Assembly: GCA_963843975.1 (NCBI GenBank)
Contig: CAWJMG010000003.1
Span: 570,001-602,000 of the forward strand
Source of the DNA: an uncultured Actinomycetes bacterium
GTDB lineage: Bacteria; Actinomycetota; Actinomycetes; S36-B12; CAIYMF01
DNA length: 32,000 bases
Direction of reading: 5' to 3'
Below are positions 8,119 to 14,972 of this stretch, piece after piece. The stretch's first letter is position 1; each line of letters opens with the position of its first letter. Below the pieces are notes generated by a model, which did not search any database, had not been told where the DNA came from, and saw only the letters and a list, made by a program, of their open reading frames with translations. The position numbers were made by a program, and so were the translations under genes.

Positions 8119-9498
8119 GTGGAGTCCATGCCGTACGCCGGACAGACGTCCGTGCAGCCGGGCGCCTCGCCGTACCCGTCGGGCGCGATCCCCGAGGCTG
8201 CGGCACCCGTGGCCGCCCCGGTGGGATACCCGGCGCCCGCCCTGGCCACGGCCACGGTTGCGCCCGTCGCGCCGATGCCGATGCCTGCCGCCCCGGCCGC
8301 GGCCCCGCCGGTCCTGTCGGCACCTGAGCCCGCGCCGGCCGGCGTGGTGAACAACCCGCTGAACGACCACGGCACGGGCGTCGCCCAGGTGGTCCCCACG
8401 CGCCAGTCCACCGAGCAGACCATCCGCGAGGACGACTTCAGCCTCGTCGACGCCCTGCTGACCATGCTCGACCGAGGTGCCTCCGACCTCCACCTGACCT
8501 CGGGCGCACGCCCGACCATCCGTGTCAGCGGATCGCTCGTGGGCCTCGAGGAGTTCGAGGTCCTCACGCCTCCGGTGCTGCAGCGCGTCATCTACTCCGT
8601 CCTCACCCAGGGCCAGCGCCTGAAGTTCGAGGAGGAGCTCGAGCTCGACTTCGCGTACTCGCTGCCCGGGCGCGCCCGCTTCCGCGTGAACGTCTACAAG
8701 CAGCGCGACAGCCTCGGCGCGGCCTTCCGCATCATCCCGTTCGAGATCAAGAGCCTCGAGAGCCTCGGCGTCCCGCCGTCGGTCGCGAACTTCGCCAGCC
8801 TGCCGCGCGGCTTCGTGCTCGTCACGGGACCCACCGGCTCGGGCAAGTCGACCACGCTCGCCGCGCTGGTCGATCTGGCGAACCGCACGCGGCACGACCA
8901 CATCATGACCGTCGAGGACCCGATCGAGTTCCTCCACCGGCACAAGAGCTGCATCATCAACCAGCGCGAGGTCGGCGAGGACACCTGGTCGTTCGCCAAC
9001 GCCCTCAAGCACGTGCTGCGCCAGGACCCCGACATCATCCTGGTCGGCGAGATGCGCGACCTCGAGACGATCTCGGTCGCGCTCACCGCCGCCGAGACCG
9101 GTCACCTCGTCTTCGCGACGCTGCACACGCAGGATGCCGCGCAGACCATCGACCGCGTCATCGACGTCTTCCCGCCGCACCAGCAGCAGCAGGTCCGCCA
9201 GCAGCTGGCGATGTCGCTCCAGGGCGTCGTCTGCCAGACGCTGTGCAAGACGGCCGACGGCCACGGTCGCGTCGTCGCGACCGAGGTCCTCGTCGTCACC
9301 CCCGCCGTCCGGAACCTGATCCGCGAGGGCAAGACCCACCAGATCTACTCGGTCATGCAGGCGGGTGCGCAGTTCGGCATGCACACCCTCGACCAGCACC
9401 TCGCCGAGCTCGTCCGCACCCGCCGGGTGACGTACGAGCACGGTGTGGAGAAGTGCCACCACATCGAGGACTTCAACCGGCTCGTCGGCCGGGCCTGA
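8119..9498 (+). CDS. pilT: twitching-motility retraction ATPase PilT with ~100-aa Pro/Ala-rich N-terminal extension
   Basis: The core begins at FSLVDALLTMLDRGASDLHL. Walker A GPTGSGKST, GEMRDLETI and ATLHT motifs are present. GAGGAG sits 5 nt before GTG 8119 (alternative ATG 8128). The upstream part of track ORF 7663.. overlaps pilB and is not used. Confidence 0.9.
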   Translation: MESMPYAGQTSVQPGASPYPSGAIPEAAAPVAAPVGYPAPALATATVAPVAPMPMPAAPAAAPPVLSAPEPAPAGVVNNPLNDHGTGVAQVVPTRQSTEQTIREDDFSLVDALLTMLDRGASDLHLTSGARPTIRVSGSLVGLEEFEVLTPPVLQRVIYSVLTQGQRLKFEEELELDFAYSLPGRARFRVNVYKQRDSLGAAFRIIPFEIKSLESLGVPPSVANFASLPRGFVLVTGPTGSGKSTTLAALVDLANRTRHDHIMTVEDPIEFLHRHKSCIINQREVGEDTWSFANALKHVLRQDPDIILVGEMRDLETISVALTAAETGHLVFATLHTQDAAQTIDRVIDVFPPHQQQQVRQQLAMSLQGVVCQTLCKTADGHGRVVATEVLVVTPAVRNLIREGKTHQIYSVMQAGAQFGMHTLDQHLAELVRTRRVTYEHGVEKCHHIEDFNRLVGRA

Positions 9499-9521
9499 GC
9501 GGCGAGGAGAGGCATCAAGCC

Positions 9522-10757
9522 ATGGCAGCCACAGCGACCTTCCAGTACGCGGTTCGTGACCGCAGCGGCAAGGTAGTCACCGGAAAGATCGAGGCGGACT
9601 CGCCCGCCCAGGTCGCGTCCAAGCTCAAGAGCATGGGCTACGCCCCGCTCAAGATCAGCTCGGTCGAGAAGGGTGGCCTGAAGACCGACATCACCCTGCC
9701 GACCCTGGGCAACAAGGTGAAGCTGAAGGAGATCGCGGTCTTCAGCCGGCAGTTCGCCACGATGATCAACTCGGGCCTGTCGATGCTGCGCTCGCTCTCG
9801 ATCCTCGAGGAGCAGCAGCCGAACAAGAAGTTCGCCACCGTCATCGGCGAGATCCGCGGCGAGGTCGAGAGCGGCTCTGCGCTGTCGACCTCGATGGCCA
9901 AGCACCCCGACATCTTCCAGCCGCTCATGATCAACATGATCAAGGCCGGCGAGGTCGGCGGCTTCCTGGACGCGGTGCTGGTGCAGATCGCCGACAACTA
10001 CGAGGCCGAGGTCAAGCTCCGCGGCAAGGTGAAGTCGGCCATGACCTACCCGGTCGCGGTCCTCGTCATGGCCGTGCTGCTCACGATCGGCATGCTGCTG
10101 TTCGTCGTCCCGACGTTCGCGAAGCTGTTCGAGGACCTCGGCGGCGAGCTGCCGGCGCCGACGCAGATGCTGGTGAACCTCTCCAACTTCCTCAAGGTCG
10201 GGATCATCCCGATCGTGATCCTGTCGATCGTGTGGTTCATCGTCTGGATCCGCATCAAGAACACCGACCGCGTCCGCAACTTCGTCGACCCGATCAAGCT
10301 GAAGGTGCCCATCTTCGGCGGCATGTTCCAGAAGATCGCCCTCGCCCGCTTCTGCCGCAACCTCGGAACGATGCTGCAGTCCGGCGTCCCGATCCTGCAG
10401 TCGCTCGACATCGTCGCGGACACCTCGGGCAACAAGGTCATCACGCATGCTGTGCACGACATCGAGGAGAGCGTGCGCCGGGGCGAGAGTCTCACCCAGC
10501 CGCTGTCCCAGCACGCGGTCTTCCCGGCCATGGTCGTGCAGATGCTGGCGGTCGGCGAGGACACCGGTGCCCTGGACTCGATGCTCGCGAAGATCGCCGA
10601 CTTCTACGACGCCGAGGTCGAGGCGACCACCGAGCAGATGACCGCGCTCATCGAGCCGCTCATGATCGCCGTGCTGGGCGGCATCGTCGGGTCGATGATC
10701 ATCGCCCTGTACATGCCCATCTTCAAGATCTTCGACCTCATCGGCGGCAGCAAGTAG
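9522..10757 (+). CDS. pilC: type IV pilus platform protein PilC (GspF family)
   Basis: 411 aa starting at ATG 9522 after a GAGGAGAGG RBS. Two T2SSF repeats (FSRQFATMINSGLSMLRSL.., FCRNLGTMLQSGVPILQSL..) and three TM segments. Confidence 0.92.
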   Translation: MAATATFQYAVRDRSGKVVTGKIEADSPAQVASKLKSMGYAPLKISSVEKGGLKTDITLPTLGNKVKLKEIAVFSRQFATMINSGLSMLRSLSILEEQQPNKKFATVIGEIRGEVESGSALSTSMAKHPDIFQPLMINMIKAGEVGGFLDAVLVQIADNYEAEVKLRGKVKSAMTYPVAVLVMAVLLTIGMLLFVVPTFAKLFEDLGGELPAPTQMLVNLSNFLKVGIIPIVILSIVWFIVWIRIKNTDRVRNFVDPIKLKVPIFGGMFQKIALARFCRNLGTMLQSGVPILQSLDIVADTSGNKVITHAVHDIEESVRRGESLTQPLSQHAVFPAMVVQMLAVGEDTGALDSMLAKIADFYDAEVEATTEQMTALIEPLMIAVLGGIVGSMIIALYMPIFKIFDLIGGSK

Positions 10758-10779
10758 CCGCAGGGGTGATCAGCACGGT

Positions 10780-10803
10780 CGGGCGGGCCCTCGGGCCCGC
10801 CCG
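10780..10803 (+). terminator. GC-rich hairpin after pilC
   Basis: GGGCGGGCC-cucg-GGCCCGCCC, a 9-bp perfect stem, 24 nt after the pilC stop. There is no clear U-tract, as is common in high-GC actinobacteria. Confidence 0.5.
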
Positions 10804-10919
10804 TCCTGCGTCCACGGGCCGGTGGCGCTGCTCGGGATTGATCCCCCGACCGGGTGATGTGGGCGGAAAGTTCTCGGGAACCTTAAGGACCGGGGTCCGG
10901 AGCGACCGACACCGTCTCT

Positions 10920-11057
10920 GTCATGGAAATCCATGACCGCCGGACACCAGAACGGGCACACCCACCGCGAGGTGGGGCCGCAGAGCCAGGGGACCCACGT
11001 GGTCAGCCCAGCAGCCTCGGTCAGGCCGGACGGCGGTCGCTTCGCAGGAGGAACACA
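10920..11057 (+). promoter_or_regulatory. structured 5' leader of pilin 1; candidate c-di-GMP-I (GEMM-I)-like riboswitch
   Basis: P1 is GACCGCCG (10935-42) paired with CGGCGGTC (11031-38). GGGCACA follows at 10954-60. P2 is CCCACC-GCGA-GGTGGG at 10961-76 (GNRA loop). GCCGCAGAGCC follows at 10977-87. P3 is GGGGACC-cacgt-GGTCagCCC at 10989-11009. The RBS AGGAGG is at 11046-51. Copy 2 shows compensatory changes. Confidence 0.45.
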
Positions 11058-11480
11058 ATGTTCTCTCGCATCCGCACGTCGATCTCCGACAAGGACTCGG
11101 GCTTCACCCTCATCGAGCTCCTCGTCGTCATGATCATCATCGGCATCCTTGCCGCCATCGCGATCCCGACCTTCCTCAACCAGCGCAAGAACGGCTACCG
11201 CTCCGCGCTGAAGAGCGACCTCAAGAACGCCGCCACCGCGCTCGAGTCGGCAGCCGTCGACAAGCAGGGCGACTTCACCCTCGGCGGCACCGTCGCCGCC
11301 AACACGGTGCTCCCGGGCGCCACCACGGTCGAGTTCACCCCGACCGCCGGCGACACCGTCACCGTCAAGACCGTCACCTCGACGACCTACTGCCTGCAGG
11401 CCACGAACGACTCCCTCGGCGTCGCCGAGCCGTGGAAGTTCGACAAGACCTCTGGCGCACCGATCGCCGGCACCTGCTGA
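11058..11480 (+). CDS. pilA: type IV major pilin paralog 1 (prepilin)
   Basis: 140 aa. Leader MFSRIRTSISDKDSG, then cleavage/methylation motif G|FTLIELLVVMIIIGILAAIAIP (F+1, E+5). C-terminal Cys pair (TYC...AGTC-stop). AGGAGG RBS. Confidence 0.92.
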   Translation: MFSRIRTSISDKDSGFTLIELLVVMIIIGILAAIAIPTFLNQRKNGYRSALKSDLKNAATALESAAVDKQGDFTLGGTVAANTVLPGATTVEFTPTAGDTVTVKTVTSTTYCLQATNDSLGVAEPWKFDKTSGAPIAGTC

Positions 11481-11494
11481 CCCCAGCACCCCGG

Positions 11495-11524
11495 GACGGG
11501 GCGGACCGACCGGTCCGCCCCGTC
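11495..11524 (+). terminator. hairpin after pilin 1
   Basis: GACGGGGCGGAC-cgaccg-GTCCGCCCCGTC, a 12-bp perfect stem. Confidence 0.55.
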
Positions 11525-11569
11525 TCGCTGCGCCGAGAGGGTGACGCTCCGTGATCGTGGACGTCGAAG

Positions 11570-11598
11570 GCTCAAGCCCGCCTCACAGGCGTCGAAGA
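11570..11598 (+). promoter_or_regulatory. sigma-28-like promoter candidate S4: GCTCAAG-N14-GTCGAAGA (weak -10)
   Basis: The -35-like half is exact, the -10-like half matches GCCGATAA at 5/8. It ends 7 nt before the leader palindrome at 11606. Confidence 0.3.
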
Positions 11599-11605
11599 AG
11601 CATCT

Positions 11606-11747
11606 GTCATGGAAATCCATGACCGCCAGAGACCAGAACGGGCACACCCGCCGCGAGGCGGGGTCGCAAAGCCAGGGGACCCTCCGGGTCGGCCCAGCTA
11701 CCTCGGTCCATCCGGTCGACGGCGGTCGTCCTTCAGGAGGAACACCA
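11606..11747 (+). promoter_or_regulatory. structured 5' leader of pilin 2; candidate c-di-GMP-I (GEMM-I)-like riboswitch
   Basis: Same architecture as 10920-11057. P2 is CCCGCC-GCGA-GGCGGG (an A:U pair replaced by G:C). The core segment GTCGCAAAGCC is at 11663-73. P1 is GACCGCC paired with GGCGGTC at 11621-27 and 11721-27. Confidence 0.45.
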
Positions 11748-12170
11748 ATGTTCTCTCGTATCCGCACGTCGATCTCGGACAAGGACTCGGGCTTCACGCT
11801 CATCGAGCTCCTCGTCGTCATGATCATCATCGGCATCCTTGCCGCCATCGCGATCCCGACCTTCCTCAACCAGCGCAAGAACGGCTACCGCTCGGCCCTC
11901 AAGGCCGACCTGAAGAACGCCGCCACCGCGCTCGAGTCGGCCGCTGTCGACAAGCAGGGTGACTTCACCCTCGGTGGCACCCTGGCCGCGAACACGGTCA
12001 TCCCCGCTGCCGGTGTCGAGTTCACCGCCACCAGCGGCAACACCGTGACCGTCAAGTCCGTCACGGCGACGACCTACTGCATCGAGGCCACCAACGCCTC
12101 GCTCGGTGCGGCTGAGCCGTGGAAGTTCAACAAGGCGACCGGTGCGCCGGTTGCGGGCGCCTGCCCGTGA
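11748..12170 (+). CDS. pilA: type IV major pilin paralog 2
   Basis: 140 aa. The N-terminal 60 aa are nearly identical to paralog 1, with the same G|FTLIELLVV motif. Carries the TYC...AGAC Cys pair. Confidence 0.92.
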   Translation: MFSRIRTSISDKDSGFTLIELLVVMIIIGILAAIAIPTFLNQRKNGYRSALKADLKNAATALESAAVDKQGDFTLGGTLAANTVIPAAGVEFTATSGNTVTVKSVTATTYCIEATNASLGAAEPWKFNKATGAPVAGACP

Positions 12171-12206
12171 TGAACTGACCGACGGCCTGGCCGTCGGAGC
12201 ACGAAG

Positions 12207-12236
12207 CGAGGGGCGGGCCTGCGGGCCCGCCCCTCG
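12207..12236 (+). terminator. hairpin after pilin 2 (preceded by a second small hairpin 12179-12197)
   Basis: CGAGGGGCGGGCC-tgcg-GGCCCGCCCCTCG, a 13-bp perfect stem, followed by GCGCGTTTCGCC. Confidence 0.55.
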
Positions 12237-12301
12237 CGCGTTTCGCCTAGGCCCTCCGGGTGAGATCCAGGCGTGAGGCAGACCCGTACGGGTCACACGC
12301 T

Positions 12302-12330
12302 CTCAAGCGTCCGGATGTCGGGCCGATCCC
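12302..12330 (+). promoter_or_regulatory. sigma-28-like promoter candidate S5: TCTCAAG-N14-GCCGATCC
   Basis: Intergenic, upstream of pilin 3. The -10-like half matches GCCGATAA at 6/8. Confidence 0.4.
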
Positions 12331-12467
12331 CGAAGGGTCATCGAATTTCATGTCCGTCGCGATCGACGCCCACCCAGCACCACCTTCATCCGGCTGGGCG
12401 CCCGGTGGGTCACCCGTGCGCGGGAGCCTGCTGGTCGAGCGTCGACGGTCGTCCTAGGAGGAACGTC

Positions 12468-12887
12468 ATGTTCTCTCGTATCCGCACGTCGATCGAGGAG
12501 GAGGACTCGGGCTTCACGCTCATCGAGCTCCTCGTCGTCATGATCATCATCGGCATCCTCGCCGCGATCGCCATCCCGACCTTCCTCAACCAGAGGAAGA
12601 ACGGCCACCGCTCGGCACTCAAGAGCGACCTGAAGAACGCCGCCACCGCACTCGAGTCGGCGGCGGTCGACAAGTTCGGCGACTTCACCCTCGGCGGCAC
12701 CCTGGCGGCCAACTCGATCCTGCCAGCCGCAGGAGTCGAGTTCGTGGCCACCACCGGGGACACCATCAGGGTGATCTCGTCCAGCTCGACCACGTACTGC
12801 CTCCAGGGCGTCAACGACGTCCTGACAGCGGCCGAGACCTGGAAGTTCGACAAGGCCGTCGGCGCCCCGGTCGCCGGCACCTGCTGA
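12468..12887 (+). CDS. pilA: type IV major pilin paralog 3
   Basis: 139 aa. MFSRIRTSIEEEDSG|FTLIELLVV... with TYC...AGTC. TAGGAGG RBS. Confidence 0.92.
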   Translation: MFSRIRTSIEEEDSGFTLIELLVVMIIIGILAAIAIPTFLNQRKNGHRSALKSDLKNAATALESAAVDKFGDFTLGGTLAANSILPAAGVEFVATTGDTIRVISSSSTTYCLQGVNDVLTAAETWKFDKAVGAPVAGTC

Positions 12888-12901
12888 ACGCACCAGCACC
12901 T

Positions 12902-12949
12902 CGAAGGGCCCGGCTGGGCGACGGAGACGTCGACCGGTCGGGCCCTTCG
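12902..12949 (+). terminator. compound hairpin after pilin 3
   Basis: The outer stem is CGAAGGGCCCG/CGGGCCCTTCG (11 bp). It encloses an inner hairpin CGACG-gaga-CGTCG. Confidence 0.4.
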
Positions 12950-13013
12950 CGCTGCCGGGGCAGATGTCATCCGACTGGCGGACCCTGAACGGCTCAGCAG
13001 AGACGAACCTCCG

Positions 13014-13042
13014 GCTCAAGTCCCGCTCCACAGCACCGATAA
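13014..13042 (+). promoter_or_regulatory. sigma-28-like promoter candidate S6: GCTCAAG-N14-ACCGATAA
   Basis: Best -10 match in the window (7/8 to GCCGATAA). About 50 nt upstream of pilin 4 ATG 13096. Confidence 0.5.
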
Positions 13043-13095
13043 CAGGACCTGAGAGAGCTGCTCGGTGCGGCTCGACACCGAAAGGATCCGCCGCC

Positions 13096-13515
13096 ATGCT
13101 CACGCGACTTCGCACCTCGATCCACGACAAGGACTCGGGCTTCACCCTCATCGAGCTCCTCGTCGTCATGATCATCATCGGCATCCTTGCCGCGATCGCG
13201 ATCCCGACCTTCCTCAACCAGCGCAAGAACGGCTACCGCTCGTCGCTGAAGGCCGACCTGAAGAACGCTGCCACCGGCCTCGAGTCCGCTGCTGTCGACA
13301 AGCAGGGCGACTTCACCCTCGGCGGCACCCTCGCCGCGAACACCGTCCTCCCGGCCGGCACGGTCGAGTTCACGCCCACCACGGGCAACACCGTCACCGT
13401 GAAGACCGTCACGGCCACCACGTACTGCATCGAGGCCAGCAACGCCTCGCTCGGCGCGGGCGAGCCGTGGAAGTTCGACAAGGCCACCGGTGCTCCCATC
13501 GCGGGTGCCTGCTGA
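13096..13515 (+). CDS. pilA: type IV major pilin paralog 4
   Basis: 139 aa. MLTRLRTSIHDKDSG|FTLIELLVV... with TYC...AGAC. The short leader has no riboswitch-like structure. Confidence 0.92.
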   Translation: MLTRLRTSIHDKDSGFTLIELLVVMIIIGILAAIAIPTFLNQRKNGYRSSLKADLKNAATGLESAAVDKQGDFTLGGTLAANTVLPAGTVEFTPTTGNTVTVKTVTATTYCIEASNASLGAGEPWKFDKATGAPIAGAC

Positions 13516-13530
13516 CCCGACTGAACCATC

Positions 13531-13570
13531 GCGACGAGGTGGCGCCCCGCACGGGGCGTCACCTCGTCGC
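13531..13570 (+). terminator. long hairpin after pilin 4
   Basis: GCGACGAGGTGGCGCCCC-gcac-GGGGCGTCACCTCGTCGC, an 18-bp stem with one G:U pair. Confidence 0.55.
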
Positions 13571-13607
13571 CGTTCAGCCCGCCGAGCGGGTTAACGGGCC
13601 GCCGAAG

Positions 13608-13637
13608 GCTCAAGCCCCGCTCACGATGGGCCGAGAA
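13608..13637 (+). promoter_or_regulatory. sigma-28-like promoter candidate S7: GCTCAAG-N15-GCCGAGAA
   Basis: Intergenic, about 34 nt upstream of the minor-pilin operon start at 13671. Confidence 0.45.
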
Positions 13638-13670
13638 CCTGGGTGGACCACTATCGGAAGGGACCGGCTC

Positions 13671-14972
13671 ATGCTCACGAGCATGCGAGACCTGCGCGTA
13701 CGACTGCGCGACGACGACGCGGGCTTCACCCTCGTCGAGCTCCTGGTCTCCCTCGTGGTCGCCAGCGTGATCCTGAGCGGTGTCGCCTACGGCGTCGCCC
13801 AGTCGCTCTGGAGCAGCCGGGACTCCAAGGACCGAGAGGTCGCGGCCAACCTCGCGGCTGGCGCGATCGACCAGGCCCGCGCCACGACCGACTACGTCGG
13901 ACTGTCGGGGAGCACCACGACCCAGACCGTGAACGGCGAGACGTTCACCGTGCTCCGGACCGTCACCGCCTACTCGAGCCTCGGCACCGCGTCGCCCTGC
14001 GACGGCACCGCCGGCAGCTTCATCAAGTACAAGAAGATCTCCATCCGCGTGACGTGGCCACGGATGAAGCGGGGGACGAGCTCCGTGCGCGCCGAGACGC
14101 TCCTCGCGCCCGGTGCCAGCAGCTTCGACCCCACCAAGGGCAACATCGGCGCCAAGGTGCTGAACGCGCTCGGCCAGCCCGTCGAGGGCATCGCGGTGCA
14201 GGTCACCGGTGCGGCGACCAACCGCACCAACTACACCGACGACCAGGGATGCGCCTTCTTCGAGGGACTCACGCCCGGGTCCTTCACGGTGGCAGCGAAC
14301 GCCTCCGGGTACGTGACCTCGGCCGGCGTCTTCAACCCGTCGCAGCCCGCGTCGGTCGCCACCGGAGCGACGACGCCGATCGTGTTCGACTACGACAAGG
14401 TCGGCACGCTGAGCGCCTCCCTGGGCGACGCCAGCTACCCGGCACCGGCCAACGTCCCGCTTGCGATCGGCCAGACGGCGCTCCTGCCCGACGGCACAGT
14501 GTCGAACATGGGCACCGGCACCCCGCGCTCGCTCACGAACCTGTTCCCCTTCGCCAGCGGCTACACGATGTGGGCGGGCTCCTGCCAGGACGCCGATCCG
14601 CAGGGTGCCGACAGCTCCGGCTCCTACTACCCCAGTGCGACCCGTGGCCCTGCGGTCCAGGCCGACACGAGCGGCTCCCCGACCACGGTGAACGTCGAGA
14701 TGGCCAGGCTCCGCGTCGCTGTCATCGAGGACGCCACGGGGAACGGGATCTCGGGCGCGTCGGTGCTCGCCACCCACGCCGGCACGGCCTTCTGCGACTT
14801 CCCGGGCGAGGCCTTCACGCTCCCGGCCACCGGAGGCGGAGGAGACGTGAAGGTGTCGATGCCTTGGGGCACGTGGGACTTCACGGTCCCCGGACGCACG
14901 GTGATCGCACCCGTCACACCGACCTTCTCGCCCACGACCTCGGAGATCTACGTGGAGGTGAGGGTCGCGTGA
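13671..14972 (+). CDS. large minor pilin (prepilin N-terminal methylation domain + two carboxypeptidase-regulatory-like beta domains)
   Basis: 433 aa. The motif ...RDDDAG|FTLVELLVSLVVASVIL is a prepilin signal. Later segments (GIAVQVTGAATNRTNYTDDQGCAFFEGLTPGSFTV and ISGASVLATHAG...) resemble CarboxypepD_reg/Ig-like folds. The alternative start is ATG 13683. Confidence 0.8.
   Translation: MLTSMRDLRVRLRDDDAGFTLVELLVSLVVASVILSGVAYGVAQSLWSSRDSKDREVAANLAAGAIDQARATTDYVGLSGSTTTQTVNGETFTVLRTVTAYSSLGTASPCDGTAGSFIKYKKISIRVTWPRMKRGTSSVRAETLLAPGASSFDPTKGNIGAKVLNALGQPVEGIAVQVTGAATNRTNYTDDQGCAFFEGLTPGSFTVAANASGYVTSAGVFNPSQPASVATGATTPIVFDYDKVGTLSASLGDASYPAPANVPLAIGQTALLPDGTVSNMGTGTPRSLTNLFPFASGYTMWAGSCQDADPQGADSSGSYYPSATRGPAVQADTSGSPTTVNVEMARLRVAVIEDATGNGISGASVLATHAGTAFCDFPGEAFTLPATGGGGDVKVSMPWGTWDFTVPGRTVIAPVTPTFSPTTSEIYVEVRVA

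Noticed and set aside
10876-10917. ECF-sigma-like GGGAAC ... CGTCT pair upstream of pilin 1
   Set aside because: The spacing between the two elements is 31 nt, far from the 16-17 nt needed. It is not repeated upstream of the other pilins.
12260-12457. 65-aa ORF inside the pilin 3 leader (and the long upstream extensions of track ORFs 10923, 11541, 12273, 12964 ahead of each pilin)
   Set aside because: It has no RBS and no sensible protein features. Each pilin has a strong AGGAGG RBS and a canonical signal peptide beginning at the internal ATG, and the upstream sequence is better explained as promoter plus structured RNA.
10758-13095. Sigma-54 (-24/-12) promoters, as used by many proteobacterial pilA genes
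   Set aside because: No TGGCAC-N5-TTGC-like element is seen in any of the four upstream regions, and Actinobacteria generally lack RpoN. The sigma-28-like motif explains the conserved upstream sequence better.
11058-13515. The ~630-720-bp periodic repetition as a CRISPR array or non-coding tandem repeat
   Set aside because: The repeat units are complete protein-coding pilin genes with RBS, signal peptide and stop. The period and unit length are far larger than CRISPR repeats, and no cas genes are present.
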